A stretch of DNA of 64,000 nucleotides from an uncultured virus (IMG/VR IMGVR_UViG_3300021164_000690) (IMGVR_UViG_3300021164_000690); one strand, 5' to 3'. Positions 1-9,544 are shown, counted from the stretch's first letter. Translations and numbers: made by a program. The notes: a model not told the origin generated them from the letters alone.

Positions 1-286
1 CAATTGCATCAGTTGCAACTTTAATCAATTTACCTTGGGTGTGTAATGCGGCAAGCATAATGCTACCATCTGGGAATTGCTGACGTGCAAGAACTTCTGC
101 AAATTCATTTGCCGATTGAGCAGCAGAAGACTCGACAATGCTAATAAGTGCATCGTGTTGTGATTCTGGTAAATTTTCTGTTGGGATTACTAGGCAGCTA
201 TATGCATCGCCAGGAAGTGTTCTATATGCTACTAAACACTTTCTGCCAGAATCAATAAACCTAGCTACGTGTTTTAAATCAACCAT
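1..286 (-). CDS. hypothetical phage protein, runs off the window edge (MVDLKHVARFIDSGRKCLVAYRTLPGD...)
   Basis: Read manually: ATG at 286 overlapping the end of the upstream ORF, open frame to position 1. Confidence 0.75.
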   Translation of the reverse strand, partial: MVDLKHVARFIDSGRKCLVAYRTLPGDAYSCLVIPTENLPESQHDALISIVESSAAQSANEFAEVLARQQFPDGSIMLAALHTQGKLIKVATDAI

Positions 287-509
287 TTGTTTGTTGTCCT
301 TTTGCGGCTACTTGAGCTAAGAAGTTTGATAATTTATTATAAACCTTACCAACAGCTTCCATTTCGTTTGCCTTAAATGCACCGCGTGAACTTGCGATGT
401 CGATGATCTGCTTCATAGAGTTTAGATCATTAATTGTTAAATCGTTGTCAGGTGCTTGTGCGGTTTCTGGCGCAGTTTCCTGGACTTGTTCTTTAGTTTG
501 TTCAGTCAT
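279..509 (-). CDS. hypothetical protein
   Basis: 76 aa ORF with AAGGAG SD. Confidence 0.75.
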   Translation of the reverse strand: MTEQTKEQVQETAPETAQAPDNDLTINDLNSMKQIIDIASSRGAFKANEMEAVGKVYNKLSNFLAQVAAKGQQTNG

Positions 510-519
510 AGTATCTCCT

Positions 520-547
520 TAATAACGACATTGTGATGTCGTTATTA
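520..547. other. 12-bp perfect inverted repeat (hairpin) just upstream of the SD of ORF 279..509
   Basis: taataacgacat-tgtg-atgtcgttatta. Confidence 0.7.
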
Positions 548-571
548 TATAGCCGTATTATATTTTAGGAG

Positions 572-850
572 TTACAGATTTGAATATGCGAGCAAGAAAA
601 AACTAATCTCTTTTTCTTGCTCAAATCCAACTTTTGTGACATAGATGATAGAGTTAGTTGAATCTAGCTCAATACCTTGCCCAACATAATATCTGCCGTT
701 CAAGTTATTGAAGATCCAACTATCTATTGTTTTTACATAAGTGGGATTGTACTTGGGTACAGTCATGTAATAGAAATGGTGAGCGGGAAAGTCCACTCTC
801 CTTAGATCCAACAAATTTAGAGGATTTGGTTTACCATTTTTTATTGCCAT
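572..850 (-). CDS. hypothetical protein
   Basis: 92 aa ORF in operon-like packing. Confidence 0.7.
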   Translation of the reverse strand: MAIKNGKPNPLNLLDLRRVDFPAHHFYYMTVPKYNPTYVKTIDSWIFNNLNGRYYVGQGIELDSTNSIIYVTKVGFEQEKEISFFLLAYSNL

Positions 851-859
851 CTCACTCTC

Positions 860-2038
860 TTATTTAAACTCGTAATAAGCGTGAGAACCAAATGGTGGAA
901 CAATAGAATCATTTCCGTGAATAATGAATAGCGTATCGCAGTAATTTTCATCACCCCATGAGTCCCAAGGATATCCATCAGTAAACATGATAAACTTTTT
1001 AGGATTGATATCGTATTTCTTCATGTATTCCCAATTGGCATCAAAGTCTGTGCCGCCGCCGCCTTTAACTTCGTAATTGAGAATATCTTCACCGCTGTAT
1101 CCGTCAAAGTCTTGTTCGTTATATACTTTGGTATCAAAACACCATAATTTAATTTTATAGTCTTTGTACTCGTCCATAATGCCTTTGACTTCACTAATAA
1201 AGTCTTTTGCTTGATCATCTCCAATAGAACCACTCATGTCAATAGCAATAGCAACATCAATTGTTTCGTCAAATTTCATACCAGGCAAAATAGCACCTGA
1301 CATTTGACCTTTGCGACTTGGACGTGCAAAAGTGTAATCGTTTTTAATTAAACTTTGAATTTGTTGACGCAACAGTTCACGCCAATTCATTTTAGGTTCT
1401 GTAAGTTCCTTAATCATACGTGCAATATTGGCCGGGGTATTACCTGCACCAGCCGCATTTGCAGCCTGCATAGTAGCTTCACGGATTTCATCACGGATTT
1501 GTTTAAGTTCTTCTTTTGTATATTGCGGACGGCTTTCTCCGTCTTTAGGATCTTTTTCCCAGTCAATATGTTCGTCAAGTAACTCGCCTAATGCGGCAAG
1601 TTCTTGTTCGTCCATGCTGTCATAAATCTCGTCATATACTTGTTCTGCACTCTTACCATAATGTTTTGGATCATGAAAGATTTTAATTTCTGGAGGCTGT
1701 TCTCCAATACGGTCACGAATCAATTGTCCGTTAACACAATAGTCTGCGGCAATATTAAAAATACGTGCATCGCGTCCTTCACGTCGGCCCATATGGTCAA
1801 AAACGTTATGAAGAATTTCGTGTGCAACGACAAACTCTACTTGCTTAGTAGTGAGGGTTTCAAAAAACGAACGACTGTAAAATAGATTGCGACCATCAGT
1901 TGCCGCAGTTTTACACCAGTCGCTGGCGTCTACAACCTTAAGGCGTGTTGCCATATTTCCAAAAAATGGATGGCGAAGAAGTAAGCCCACACGAGCTACG
2001 ATAATTTTGTCTACTACGGGGTCTAGACTGTGTTGCAT
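860..2038 (-). CDS. metallopeptidase-like + vWA domain protein (DUF2201 type)
   Basis: HExxH (AHEILH), MIDAS DMSGS, GGGGTDF, FTDG; adjacent to a MoxR AAA gene. Confidence 0.9.
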   Translation of the reverse strand: MQHSLDPVVDKIIVARVGLLLRHPFFGNMATRLKVVDASDWCKTAATDGRNLFYSRSFFETLTTKQVEFVVAHEILHNVFDHMGRREGRDARIFNIAADYCVNGQLIRDRIGEQPPEIKIFHDPKHYGKSAEQVYDEIYDSMDEQELAALGELLDEHIDWEKDPKDGESRPQYTKEELKQIRDEIREATMQAANAAGAGNTPANIARMIKELTEPKMNWRELLRQQIQSLIKNDYTFARPSRKGQMSGAILPGMKFDETIDVAIAIDMSGSIGDDQAKDFISEVKGIMDEYKDYKIKLWCFDTKVYNEQDFDGYSGEDILNYEVKGGGGTDFDANWEYMKKYDINPKKFIMFTDGYPWDSWGDENYCDTLFIIHGNDSIVPPFGSHAYYEFK

Positions 2039-2066
2039 GTTCTGCTCCTAAGTTGCTATAGTATAT

Positions 2067-2095
2067 ATTATAACACCGCCCGAAGGCGGTGTCAA
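2067..2095 (-). promoter_or_regulatory. sigma70 consensus promoter with hairpin in spacer
   Basis: TTGACA-ccgccttcgggcggtgt(17)-TATAAT; SD AGGAG before ATG 2038. Confidence 0.9.
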
Positions 2096-2105
2096 TCGGT
2101 TTATT

Positions 2106-3197
2106 TTAACGTTTTTCCGTTGCAGCCGAAATATACTTACCAAATTTGGCATGGAAATCATCAAAGCATTTAATCTCATCCGGATCCAGAGGCAAATTGT
2201 ATTGGGTAAGAGCAAGTTTAGTACTCATAATAACCAATTCAGTTTCAAAGTTATTCATAATGAATTCAAAGAAACAGTTAACTTGATCGTTCCAATTTTT
2301 AGCATTCTTGTCGCTAGAATCTTTAAGTTCATAGCACAAACTAACAGCTAATGAATACATTGCAGAAATCTCTTTTGAATCCATCTTTTTAACTTTGCCA
2401 GTCAAAATATCAGTTGGATTTGGCATCTTGCTAGCAACCTTGCGGTGCGCCATAAACTTAATAGCAAGGCCTTCACCAACTGCTCCAGAGATCAAGTCAG
2501 TCAGTGTGTTTTCATCAGTATCGTCATCTTCAAGCAATTCGCTTACAAATGTCCAGCTACGTGGAGTAGCAAATGCACGACTTGAACTTTTTGGATCAAA
2601 ATCGTACAAGTCCTTTTTAGAGAATGTCAAAAAGCCAACAACGTCTTTATGAATACGATTTTCTGTAGCCCAAAAACTGTAGTCTTCCCAGTCTACACGC
2701 ATTTCCAAATGCAAGAAGCGATTAGCCAACGGAGCGGGCATACGATAAGTTACACCCTTATCTGCTTCGCGATTACCCGCCGCAACAATGAGAACGTTAT
2801 CTGGAAGTTCGTAAGTACCAACTTTACGATTCAAAATAAGTTGATAAGCTGCCGCTTGTACTGCTGGCGGAGCAGAGTTCATTTCATCCATGAACAGGAT
2901 AATTTGTTTGTGATTTTTAGCAAACTCTTTGCTAGGCAATTCGCCTGGGGGAGCCCAAACCATTGTGTTAGCGTTTGAATCAAAATATGGAATACCTTTA
3001 ATATCAGTAGGTTCCCAAAGTGACAAACGAACGTCAATTACATGAGCGTCCATATCTTCGCCAAGTTGCTTGACAATATCGGATTTACCAATACCGGGAG
3101 GACCCCATAGGAACAAAGGACGCCGTTTTGCAAATCCTTTGCTAATAGCTTTTTTGGCTGCTTTTGGGCCAACTGTACGTGAAATAATCTCGCTCAT
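2106..3197 (-). CDS. MoxR-like AAA+ ATPase
   Basis: Walker A GPPGIGKS, Walker B LFMDE, AAGN, PLANRF. Confidence 0.9.
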   Translation of the reverse strand: MSEIISRTVGPKAAKKAISKGFAKRRPLFLWGPPGIGKSDIVKQLGEDMDAHVIDVRLSLWEPTDIKGIPYFDSNANTMVWAPPGELPSKEFAKNHKQIILFMDEMNSAPPAVQAAAYQLILNRKVGTYELPDNVLIVAAGNREADKGVTYRMPAPLANRFLHLEMRVDWEDYSFWATENRIHKDVVGFLTFSKKDLYDFDPKSSSRAFATPRSWTFVSELLEDDDTDENTLTDLISGAVGEGLAIKFMAHRKVASKMPNPTDILTGKVKKMDSKEISAMYSLAVSLCYELKDSSDKNAKNWNDQVNCFFEFIMNNFETELVIMSTKLALTQYNLPLDPDEIKCFDDFHAKFGKYISAATEKR

Positions 3198-3248
3198 TTA
3201 ATGTTCCAATCTTAAGTTGAGGGTTGTTGTTTAACTGTCTATGTATGT

Positions 3249-3277
3249 ATTATACGGCAATTCCACAACAAAGTCAA
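3249..3277 (-). promoter_or_regulatory. sigma70-type promoter
   Basis: TTGACT-17 bp-TATAAT upstream of the MoxR gene. Confidence 0.85.
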
Positions 3278-3293
3278 TAGGAAATTGGTTAAA

Positions 3294-3683
3294 TCACTCA
3301 GATTCTTTTCGTGAATTAATGGCTTTTATAAGTCCGTACTTGCGGATGTCGTCCGAAAACAACATTAGTTCGAACGCTTTTTTCTCGGAAAAAACGGTTA
3401 TACTCTGATTGGTCAGATAGTACGGACAATCGATAAATTGATCAAAAAATATGATCGTTTGTGGACTTAGCTCCACATGCTCAGTGAAAGGGATTTCGTA
3501 TTCTTTTAAGTCTAAGACTGATGTTACATGTTCGTATCCAGCATCAGTAAGGCGTAAGCCGCCTTTGTCTTTTGTTCTAGTGTTTTGCCACCACATTCTG
3601 TGATGTATTTTTACATTAGCTTCATCTAAGGATTTTTCTTGTTCTTTTAAAAAAATCTTAGTGTAGGCCAGTGAATTGATCAT
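3294..3683 (-). CDS. hypothetical phage protein
   Basis: 129 aa ORF, ATGA overlap with upstream gene. Confidence 0.75.
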   Translation of the reverse strand: MINSLAYTKIFLKEQEKSLDEANVKIHHRMWWQNTRTKDKGGLRLTDAGYEHVTSVLDLKEYEIPFTEHVELSPQTIIFFDQFIDCPYYLTNQSITVFSEKKAFELMLFSDDIRKYGLIKAINSRKESE

Positions 3684-3964
3684 TTCAATACTTGACCAGT
3701 TGTTAGAACTGTTACTTGGAAATCACTGCATCCAAAAGTTAAGTTCAATTTTTTTGCCAAATTAATAGCATGGCCTGGATTACTAAATGCAACTTTCTTG
3801 TACTTAGGACCTGGATAACTTGTAATATTGCTAAAGCTCTTTAAATTAAAAGGTGCACCTTTATAGAAGACAGCCCAGATGGCATCAGCTTCTAAAACCT
3901 GTTCACATTTGTAATTTTTCTTATTAACATGCTCTAACAGTACCTTTGGTTTTGGTCGACTCAT
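3680..3964 (-). CDS. hypothetical phage protein (MSRPKPKVLL...)
   Basis: Start moved to ATG 3964, which has a GAGGA SD. Confidence 0.75.
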   Translation of the reverse strand: MSRPKPKVLLEHVNKKNYKCEQVLEADAIWAVFYKGAPFNLKSFSNITSYPGPKYKKVAFSNPGHAINLAKKLNLTFGCSDFQVTVLTTGQVLK

Positions 3965-3996
3965 ATATGCGTTCCTCAAATATACGCATATATTTA
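3963..3996 (-). promoter_or_regulatory. late-type TAAATA promoter overlapping an RBS-occluding hairpin
   Basis: 10-bp stem atatatgcgt/acgcatatat, SD in loop, start codon overlapping the 3' arm, TAAATA (3996-3991) overlapping the 5' arm. Confidence 0.7.
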
Positions 3997-4004
3997 TCCT
4001 ATAA

Positions 4005-4247
4005 CTAGTCTTTAAAACCGCCCCCGTCAAGCTCAACAGTGACGGTATCGTTGGTAGATTGCTTTAAAATGTGTAAAAGATTTTCATAATCTTGCGTTAG
4101 CTTACTAGTTACTTCGCCAAGAGTGAATGCTAGCAATTTAGCAGTCCTAATGTCCAGTTTTACTTCTTTTTGCTGGCTCATATCAGCCATTTTTACTTGT
4201 TGAATGAATTGCTGTAAAGGTATTGTATTAATTGGATTATTTGACAT
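4005..4247 (-). CDS. hypothetical protein
   Basis: 80 aa ORF, GAGG SD. Confidence 0.7.
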   Translation of the reverse strand: MSNNPINTIPLQQFIQQVKMADMSQQKEVKLDIRTAKLLAFTLGEVTSKLTQDYENLLHILKQSTNDTVTVELDGGGFKD

Positions 4248-4710
4248 TTGCCAATACCTCTTTAGATTCTTCTTCAGTTAAGTATGGACCTGAAAACTCA
4301 TAACGTTCAATAGTAATTAATTTTGGACAAAAACTACGTACCCAATTTTTAGGAAATTTAATTACATAATGACCAGCACAAAATAAACTTTTACTTTGAT
4401 TACTTTTAGTAAACAAGGGTAGCTTGCGTCTAACATCATACATTGAGTTGTACGGTTTCCATTTAGTTGGATAACCGTGACACTCATTTTCATTACTATG
4501 TGAAACAGTTGTCTTAATTCCTTTTAAGAAAAAGTTATCACCAAATTTCTTTGTAATTTCTGATTTTTTACTAAAGTAAAGTTCACCGTTTTTAGCACTC
4601 AACATATATTTGTTGTTTTCGTTTTTATGTAGAGTCCCAACACGTTCGCCGTCTTGTTCAACTACCCACAGCTTGCCATCTACGATTGGCTTAGCATGAA
4701 GATCTGTCAT
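4237..4710 (-). CDS. hypothetical phage protein
   Basis: 157 aa ORF, coupled overlaps. Confidence 0.75.
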   Translation of the reverse strand: MTDLHAKPIVDGKLWVVEQDGERVGTLHKNENNKYMLSAKNGELYFSKKSEITKKFGDNFFLKGIKTTVSHSNENECHGYPTKWKPYNSMYDVRRKLPLFTKSNQSKSLFCAGHYVIKFPKNWVRSFCPKLITIERYEFSGPYLTEEESKEVLANVK

Positions 4711-4886
4711 ATGATTTTTACCTTAACTTTAAATTTCTCAATTTCATCTTTGAGGTGTAACTTTTCTTTTTTAAGATCAGTCACGTTTTCATGATGCGCT
4801 TCTAACTTAGTAATTTGTTCATCAAGGATGTCATGTTTTTCCTGCAAATGTGCAATGTGATGCTCTAGTTTTTCTCTAGTAATCAT
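4707..4886 (-). CDS. DUF465/YdcH-like small coiled-coil protein (59 aa, not in ORF track)
   Basis: MITREKLEHHIAHLQEKHDILDEQI...LKKEKLHLKDEI; ATGA overlaps at both ends. Confidence 0.8.
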   Translation of the reverse strand: MITREKLEHHIAHLQEKHDILDEQITKLEAHHENVTDLKKEKLHLKDEIEKFKVKVKII

Positions 4887-5548
4887 TCAGGCTCCTTTAA
4901 AAGTCCTCTCCATGAGACTACATGTTCGTCACTCCATTGAACGCCGTCCCATTGTGCATAACTTGGAAACGGCCAATTTGGAATGTTGCTTGATGTTACT
5001 TGATATGCCCCCTGTCTTGCTGGATTAATGCTTACTGGAAACCAATCAGTAACTTCGGGTTCTTCATGAAATTCTTCTGATGCTTCTTCTAATGTTTCGT
5101 TTGCAACTGGTGCATCTTCGTCAGGCTCACCTTTAAATACTTCACCAGTATCTTCATTGGTAAGTTCCAATGGACCATAGTAATAGTACTCTGTATCGTC
5201 ACACTGCCAACCTAAATTTTCCACACCATCAAAAGAATCTTCTTCCCACGCTGTGATAAATTCTTCAACATCTTCCTCAGATGCTTTGCCGTTACCATCT
5301 TCGATATCGCACCAGCATCCGTCAATCATATCCCACATTTCCCACGATTCATCGTTATCAATACAGCTTAATTCGTAACCGTCTTCGTTTTTGAGTTCAT
5401 CATTGGTAAGCGGTTGTTCGTCAGATTCTACAGTAAATGTAGCCCAGCGATATCCTTGCTCAATAGTGATGACCTTACCTTCTTTGTAGAAAAACATTTT
5501 TTCTACGGCCGATTTTTTATATTGTGGAGATAGTTTCCAAATAGCCAT
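4883..5548 (-). CDS. highly acidic hypothetical protein
   Basis: 221 aa, D/E/W-rich, AAGGAG SD. Confidence 0.75.
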   Translation of the reverse strand: MAIWKLSPQYKKSAVEKMFFYKEGKVITIEQGYRWATFTVESDEQPLTNDELKNEDGYELSCIDNDESWEMWDMIDGCWCDIEDGNGKASEEDVEEFITAWEEDSFDGVENLGWQCDDTEYYYYGPLELTNEDTGEVFKGEPDEDAPVANETLEEASEEFHEEPEVTDWFPVSINPARQGAYQVTSSNIPNWPFPSYAQWDGVQWSDEHVVSWRGLLKEPE

Positions 5549-5559
5549 TTGATAACTCC

Positions 5560-5751
5560 TTAATTATCTAATTCCATTGCGTTGTACTCTTTAACTACAG
5601 CAAGTACTTCTTCTTCTGTATTGCATACAATCTTAGAATTTTTCCATTCGTTGTCATTATCACGACCGCCAACTTCTACCATCCAACCATTGTCGTAACG
5701 GTTGATTGTAATTGATTCATTTACTTTTGCTAGTTTGCTTAGTTTTGCCAT
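5560..5751 (-). CDS. hypothetical protein
   Basis: 63 aa, AGGAG SD. Confidence 0.7.
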   Translation of the reverse strand: MAKLSKLAKVNESITINRYDNGWMVEVGGRDNDNEWKNSKIVCNTEEEVLAVVKEYNAMELDN

Positions 5752-5752
5752 T

Positions 5753-6754
5753 TTATTTCTCCTGTTGTAATTTACGCCATGTTACCGCTGACTCAGGGTA
5801 ACGTGATTGGAATGGTTCTGCATATTGTGTAATGTTGTCAGTAATTTTCTTCAAATCATACAAATTGCAGAACTTTAGCAGTCTAATACCTACTTGATCA
5901 ATAGATTTAGGAACTGCTTGTGTGTCGATTGTTTCGTTAATTATTGTTCGAATTTCTTTAGGTTGTGCAGACAAATCGATCAGTACACGATTTCGTTCAT
6001 AGTCTTCTAGTACACGATGTTCTTCGCCATTATGGTCAACCCAACGTTGCAACATCATATTGTTCCACGCGAAGCCCTTGTCTTTTCGATCATTGTATGC
6101 TTCTTGTAGTTTGTTTACACGCACCTTAGGATACGCACTAAACACATTATCAGTGGGGTCACCACGCATACATTTTTGGAATAGTAACCATTCTGGATTT
6201 GGAATTTCTTTATGTTCTTGTGTTTTCTTATCAACTACACGCTTACCTTTAGCATCAAATATGCCTTCGTGCGTAATAGTAGTTTCCATTACACCGTTGT
6301 ATTGTTTTACATTGGGTGCAATCAATTGTACGAAATCTGTATCTGTCGAAATGATAATATGATCATCATTTGGATGACTTTGTATGAAGCCAGCAATCAA
6401 ATCGTCTGCTTCTAATTGCTGATGTTGTAAAACTGTACAGTTTGTTTTTTCTGCAATAAACGTTTTAAATGTATCAAACGCTTCCCAAAATACTGTTTCT
6501 TCTTCAGCTTCTTTTTCAGTATGTGCGGCACGTGCCTCGCTACGATTACGTTTGTACGGGGGATAATGATCTTTGCGCCAGCTACGACCCTCGAGGCAGA
6601 ACACTACGTGATCGCCACCAAAGTCATTCCAAGCCTTTTTAATACTGTTGAGAGTAATGTGGAATGCCATACCTAGTTTGATATCAGCACTTCCATTAAT
6701 CACATGTCTCGCTCTAAAGAACGTATTTGCTGTATCAACTAAAATATATTTCAT
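5753..6754 (-). CDS. rnh: T4 RNase H-like 5'-3' exonuclease / flap endonuclease
   Basis: ILVD, SWRK-x-Y-x-x-YK-x-NR, EADD, STDTDFVQL, GDPTDNV motifs. Confidence 0.9.
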   Translation of the reverse strand: MKYILVDTANTFFRARHVINGSADIKLGMAFHITLNSIKKAWNDFGGDHVVFCLEGRSWRKDHYPPYKRNRSEARAAHTEKEAEEETVFWEAFDTFKTFIAEKTNCTVLQHQQLEADDLIAGFIQSHPNDDHIIISTDTDFVQLIAPNVKQYNGVMETTITHEGIFDAKGKRVVDKKTQEHKEIPNPEWLLFQKCMRGDPTDNVFSAYPKVRVNKLQEAYNDRKDKGFAWNNMMLQRWVDHNGEEHRVLEDYERNRVLIDLSAQPKEIRTIINETIDTQAVPKSIDQVGIRLLKFCNLYDLKKITDNITQYAEPFQSRYPESAVTWRKLQQEK

Positions 6755-7203
6755 TTTACCTCTGCTTTTCCGTCTGCAAGTTTACTTACGTTAATGTAGC
6801 CAGCACCTCTAGAAGCATCCTGACCTTCATCGCTTAATATGTTACGAGCTAAGTCTCTAAACCAGCGATCCACAATTTCTTCATCTGGATCACCGTCATA
6901 ACCATATCCTTCTTGCTTTAATTGTACTACAAAAGCAGCGTTCCAGTCAAGCTCAAAAAAGCCGTTTCTTACATTATCTTTGTTTACATGAGTATCCAAA
7001 ACGGAAACCCAAGGTTCGCCTTTACGTGTAGCACGTTCTTTTGGAGTCAATTTGGCAAGCTCTGCTTTGGCTTCTGCGTCTGCGGCTTCTTTCAATTTTT
7101 GTTCTGTTAACTTTTGAGCAACTGCCGCCTCAGCTTTTGCCATTGCTGTTGCATCTTCAATTGCTTTAATTCCAGTAATTTTCTTTATAAAGTCTTTAAT
7201 CAT
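6751..7203 (-). CDS. hypothetical phage protein
   Basis: 150 aa ORF with coupled overlaps. Confidence 0.75.
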   Translation of the reverse strand: MIKDFIKKITGIKAIEDATAMAKAEAAVAQKLTEQKLKEAADAEAKAELAKLTPKERATRKGEPWVSVLDTHVNKDNVRNGFFELDWNAAFVVQLKQEGYGYDGDPDEEIVDRWFRDLARNILSDEGQDASRGAGYINVSKLADGKAEVK

Positions 7204-7748
7204 TTTATCGTTTCCATATGATATGTTAATGTTTCTAACGGGAATATTGGACTAATTTTATTCTCGTAAAATTCTAAATTTGATTCAGCAAATGGTATTA
7301 ACAATTTTTGGAACCAAGTTTGATCAATTCCTTCGTTAAATGTTTTGCGATGCATTTTAAATTTACAAGGACTATATGCATATCTTTCATGATATGTATG
7401 TCCTTTTACAAAATAGCTCAATGTATCTACTGTAAAAAAGTGAACATGTGTTGGATCAACGCAGGCCCATTTACTGCGGAAATACGGCACAATAATAGTA
7501 ACAGTAGCACCTGGTTTGGTTATGCGATGAATTTCTTCCATTGTTTTAACAATGTTGTTTAAATGTTCTAATACATTGTCTAAATGTACAACATCAAACT
7601 CACCACTCTCAAACGGCCATGGAAATACATCTAAGTTGTGTACTACATCAGCACCAACATTTTCGTTAATGTCTACAGTAACAATAGTATCTCCAGGATT
7701 TCCTGGACGTTCTTTCTTACCACATCCGAGTACTAGTAATTTTGCCAT
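7200..7748 (-). CDS. class I SAM-dependent methyltransferase (type 11-like)
   Basis: VLGCG motif I, FD-x-V...VLEHL, EIHRITKPG; start overlaps queE stop. Confidence 0.85.
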   Translation of the reverse strand: MAKLLVLGCGKKERPGNPGDTIVTVDINENVGADVVHNLDVFPWPFESGEFDVVHLDNVLEHLNNIVKTMEEIHRITKPGATVTIIVPYFRSKWACVDPTHVHFFTVDTLSYFVKGHTYHERYAYSPCKFKMHRKTFNEGIDQTWFQKLLIPFAESNLEFYENKISPIFPLETLTYHMETIK

Positions 7749-8614
7749 TAGGTACCCCACTCATTTTTAAATAGTGGCACTTGTAATCTGTCACTATAAC
7801 GCCATCCACGTTTCATAGCAAGATCGGCCACCTTACGATTGTTTAATGCATACACACTTTCTACACCGCCAACTGGCATTAGATAAACATGTCCAGTGAA
7901 ACCTGCTTTACGATATTCTTCAGTAGCACGTTCTGCATCGGCAAAGTCTTGTTCTGTAGCAATAACAAATTTTAAATATGCTGTACCATACTCTTCGTAC
8001 TCACATACAATCTCAGGACAGATTGCTTCTTCCCACTTCTCGCCACTACAAGGAAGTTTAGCACTTACACTAAATGTAATCTCACGCCAAAAATCTTGAT
8101 CATGATGACTTTTCCAAGTATGCAAATATGAAGCAAATTCTGGAGTTAATTTTTGAGTACCGTTTGTTTCAAAAGTAATTTCTCTAAGACGCCACATACT
8201 AGGATGATCTAACAAATCTGGATAAGCACGTTGCCAACCTAACAACGGCTCTCCGCCTGTAATAACTAGATGCTCATCTTCCCAACGCTTGTGCGGAAGT
8301 ATCTCCATAATACGATTTACAATAGCGTTACTTTCTAACATTGGACTTAGATCTTTAAACTCTGGCATCCATGATGCATAGCTGTCACAACCTGTGCTTA
8401 CAAGCGGCAAGTCTTCATACTTTTGAAAAGACTCAATCATTTTGTGTGTTGCCGCAATGTCAGTAGCTTCGTGACTGACTTCACCACGTGGCATGCCAAA
8501 GCCTGCGCATTTAAAGTTACACCCAAATGTACGCAGAAACACAGACGGGACACCCATGTAGCGTCCTTCACCTTGGATACTGTAAAACAGTTCCGCTATT
8601 TTAATTTTACTCAT
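7748..8614 (-). CDS. queE: 7-carboxy-7-deazaguanine synthase (radical SAM)
   Basis: ELFYSIQGEG, VFLRTFGCNFKC...CDS, ITGGEPLL, ETNGT, VSAK, LKFV, YLMP, RLQ. Confidence 0.9.
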   Translation of the reverse strand: MSKIKIAELFYSIQGEGRYMGVPSVFLRTFGCNFKCAGFGMPRGEVSHEATDIAATHKMIESFQKYEDLPLVSTGCDSYASWMPEFKDLSPMLESNAIVNRIMEILPHKRWEDEHLVITGGEPLLGWQRAYPDLLDHPSMWRLREITFETNGTQKLTPEFASYLHTWKSHHDQDFWREITFSVSAKLPCSGEKWEEAICPEIVCEYEEYGTAYLKFVIATEQDFADAERATEEYRKAGFTGHVYLMPVGGVESVYALNNRKVADLAMKRGWRYSDRLQVPLFKNEWGT

Positions 8615-9000
8615 ACACAATCCTGTTCTTTTGCCATTTTTGTTATTATAGCACGTTCTTCTTTATTTTGTCTAGTATTACGAAACTCTTTAACGTCTGC
8701 TGATGCAGTTACAAGAGTTTGAGCATAATTAATTGTTTGTTGCTCTTTCAAACAAATAGTCGATTCGGTATCAATATACCCTTTGGTAAGTAATGTCCAA
8801 ATATGTGTCCAGCGTGACTTTGACCAAAAGTTTGTTCTAGTAGTAACATAGATGTTAACAGAAATACCTGTATCATCAGACTCTACCCAGACATTGTGAT
8901 CACAATCTGTATTAGAACATTCGCAAGCAACTCGATAAACTTTTGAATCGCCCCAATCGTTTTGCTTCAAAATACCTTCTGCTGGAGTTTGGGCTTTCAT
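8611..9000 (-). CDS. hypothetical protein (CxC...C-x-H cluster)
   Basis: 129 aa ORF, coupled overlaps. Confidence 0.7.
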   Translation of the reverse strand: MKAQTPAEGILKQNDWGDSKVYRVACECSNTDCDHNVWVESDDTGISVNIYVTTRTNFWSKSRWTHIWTLLTKGYIDTESTICLKEQQTINYAQTLVTASADVKEFRNTRQNKEERAIITKMAKEQDCV

Positions 9001-9329
9001 TGTTTGAACATCTCTAAATTAATAATTTTAGCAACACGCTCACCGACATTTTCACCAGTGGGAATAACATAAGTTTGTTGATCGTGTCGATCCTTACGGT
9101 CATCATAATGTCGAACATTGAGAATCTTACCACCAACTGCATTGCTTAGTTCAAATGTAATGCGACCTTCGCCTTCTGCACGGCCACGTTCTACCATTGC
9201 TGTTCCCATACCAATTGCCATTTTATGTTTATCCTGTAACCATACTGTTGAATTTATTTGATCGTAGTGGTCTCTATTTTCCCACATGTCTCGAACTTTG
9301 GTATATAACCATTTATCAAACCATTTCAT
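8997..9329 (-). CDS. hypothetical protein
   Basis: 110 aa ORF, coupled overlaps. Confidence 0.7.
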   Translation of the reverse strand: MKWFDKWLYTKVRDMWENRDHYDQINSTVWLQDKHKMAIGMGTAMVERGRAEGEGRITFELSNAVGGKILNVRHYDDRKDRHDQQTYVIPTGENVGERVAKIINLEMFKQ

Positions 9330-9544
9330 TCTACATCTTCCTCAAACCATTCGTCAACCATTGTTTCTGCTTCGTCTTGCGTTAACGCCGGAACAAAAAT
9401 ACGTGCTGGATGTCCAACTGTATGTTGTATATCAAATTTAACCACACCTGCTGGTATGTGATCGAATTCTCTCTCTACAATAAATTCTTGTAAATTCTTT
9501 GCACGGAAAATTAATTGATCAGTTAAGTCTTTAGCTGTTGTCAT
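9326..9544 (-). CDS. hypothetical protein
   Basis: 72 aa ORF, coupled overlaps. Confidence 0.7.
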   Translation of the reverse strand: MTTAKDLTDQLIFRAKNLQEFIVEREFDHIPAGVVKFDIQHTVGHPARIFVPALTQDEAETMVDEWFEEDVE

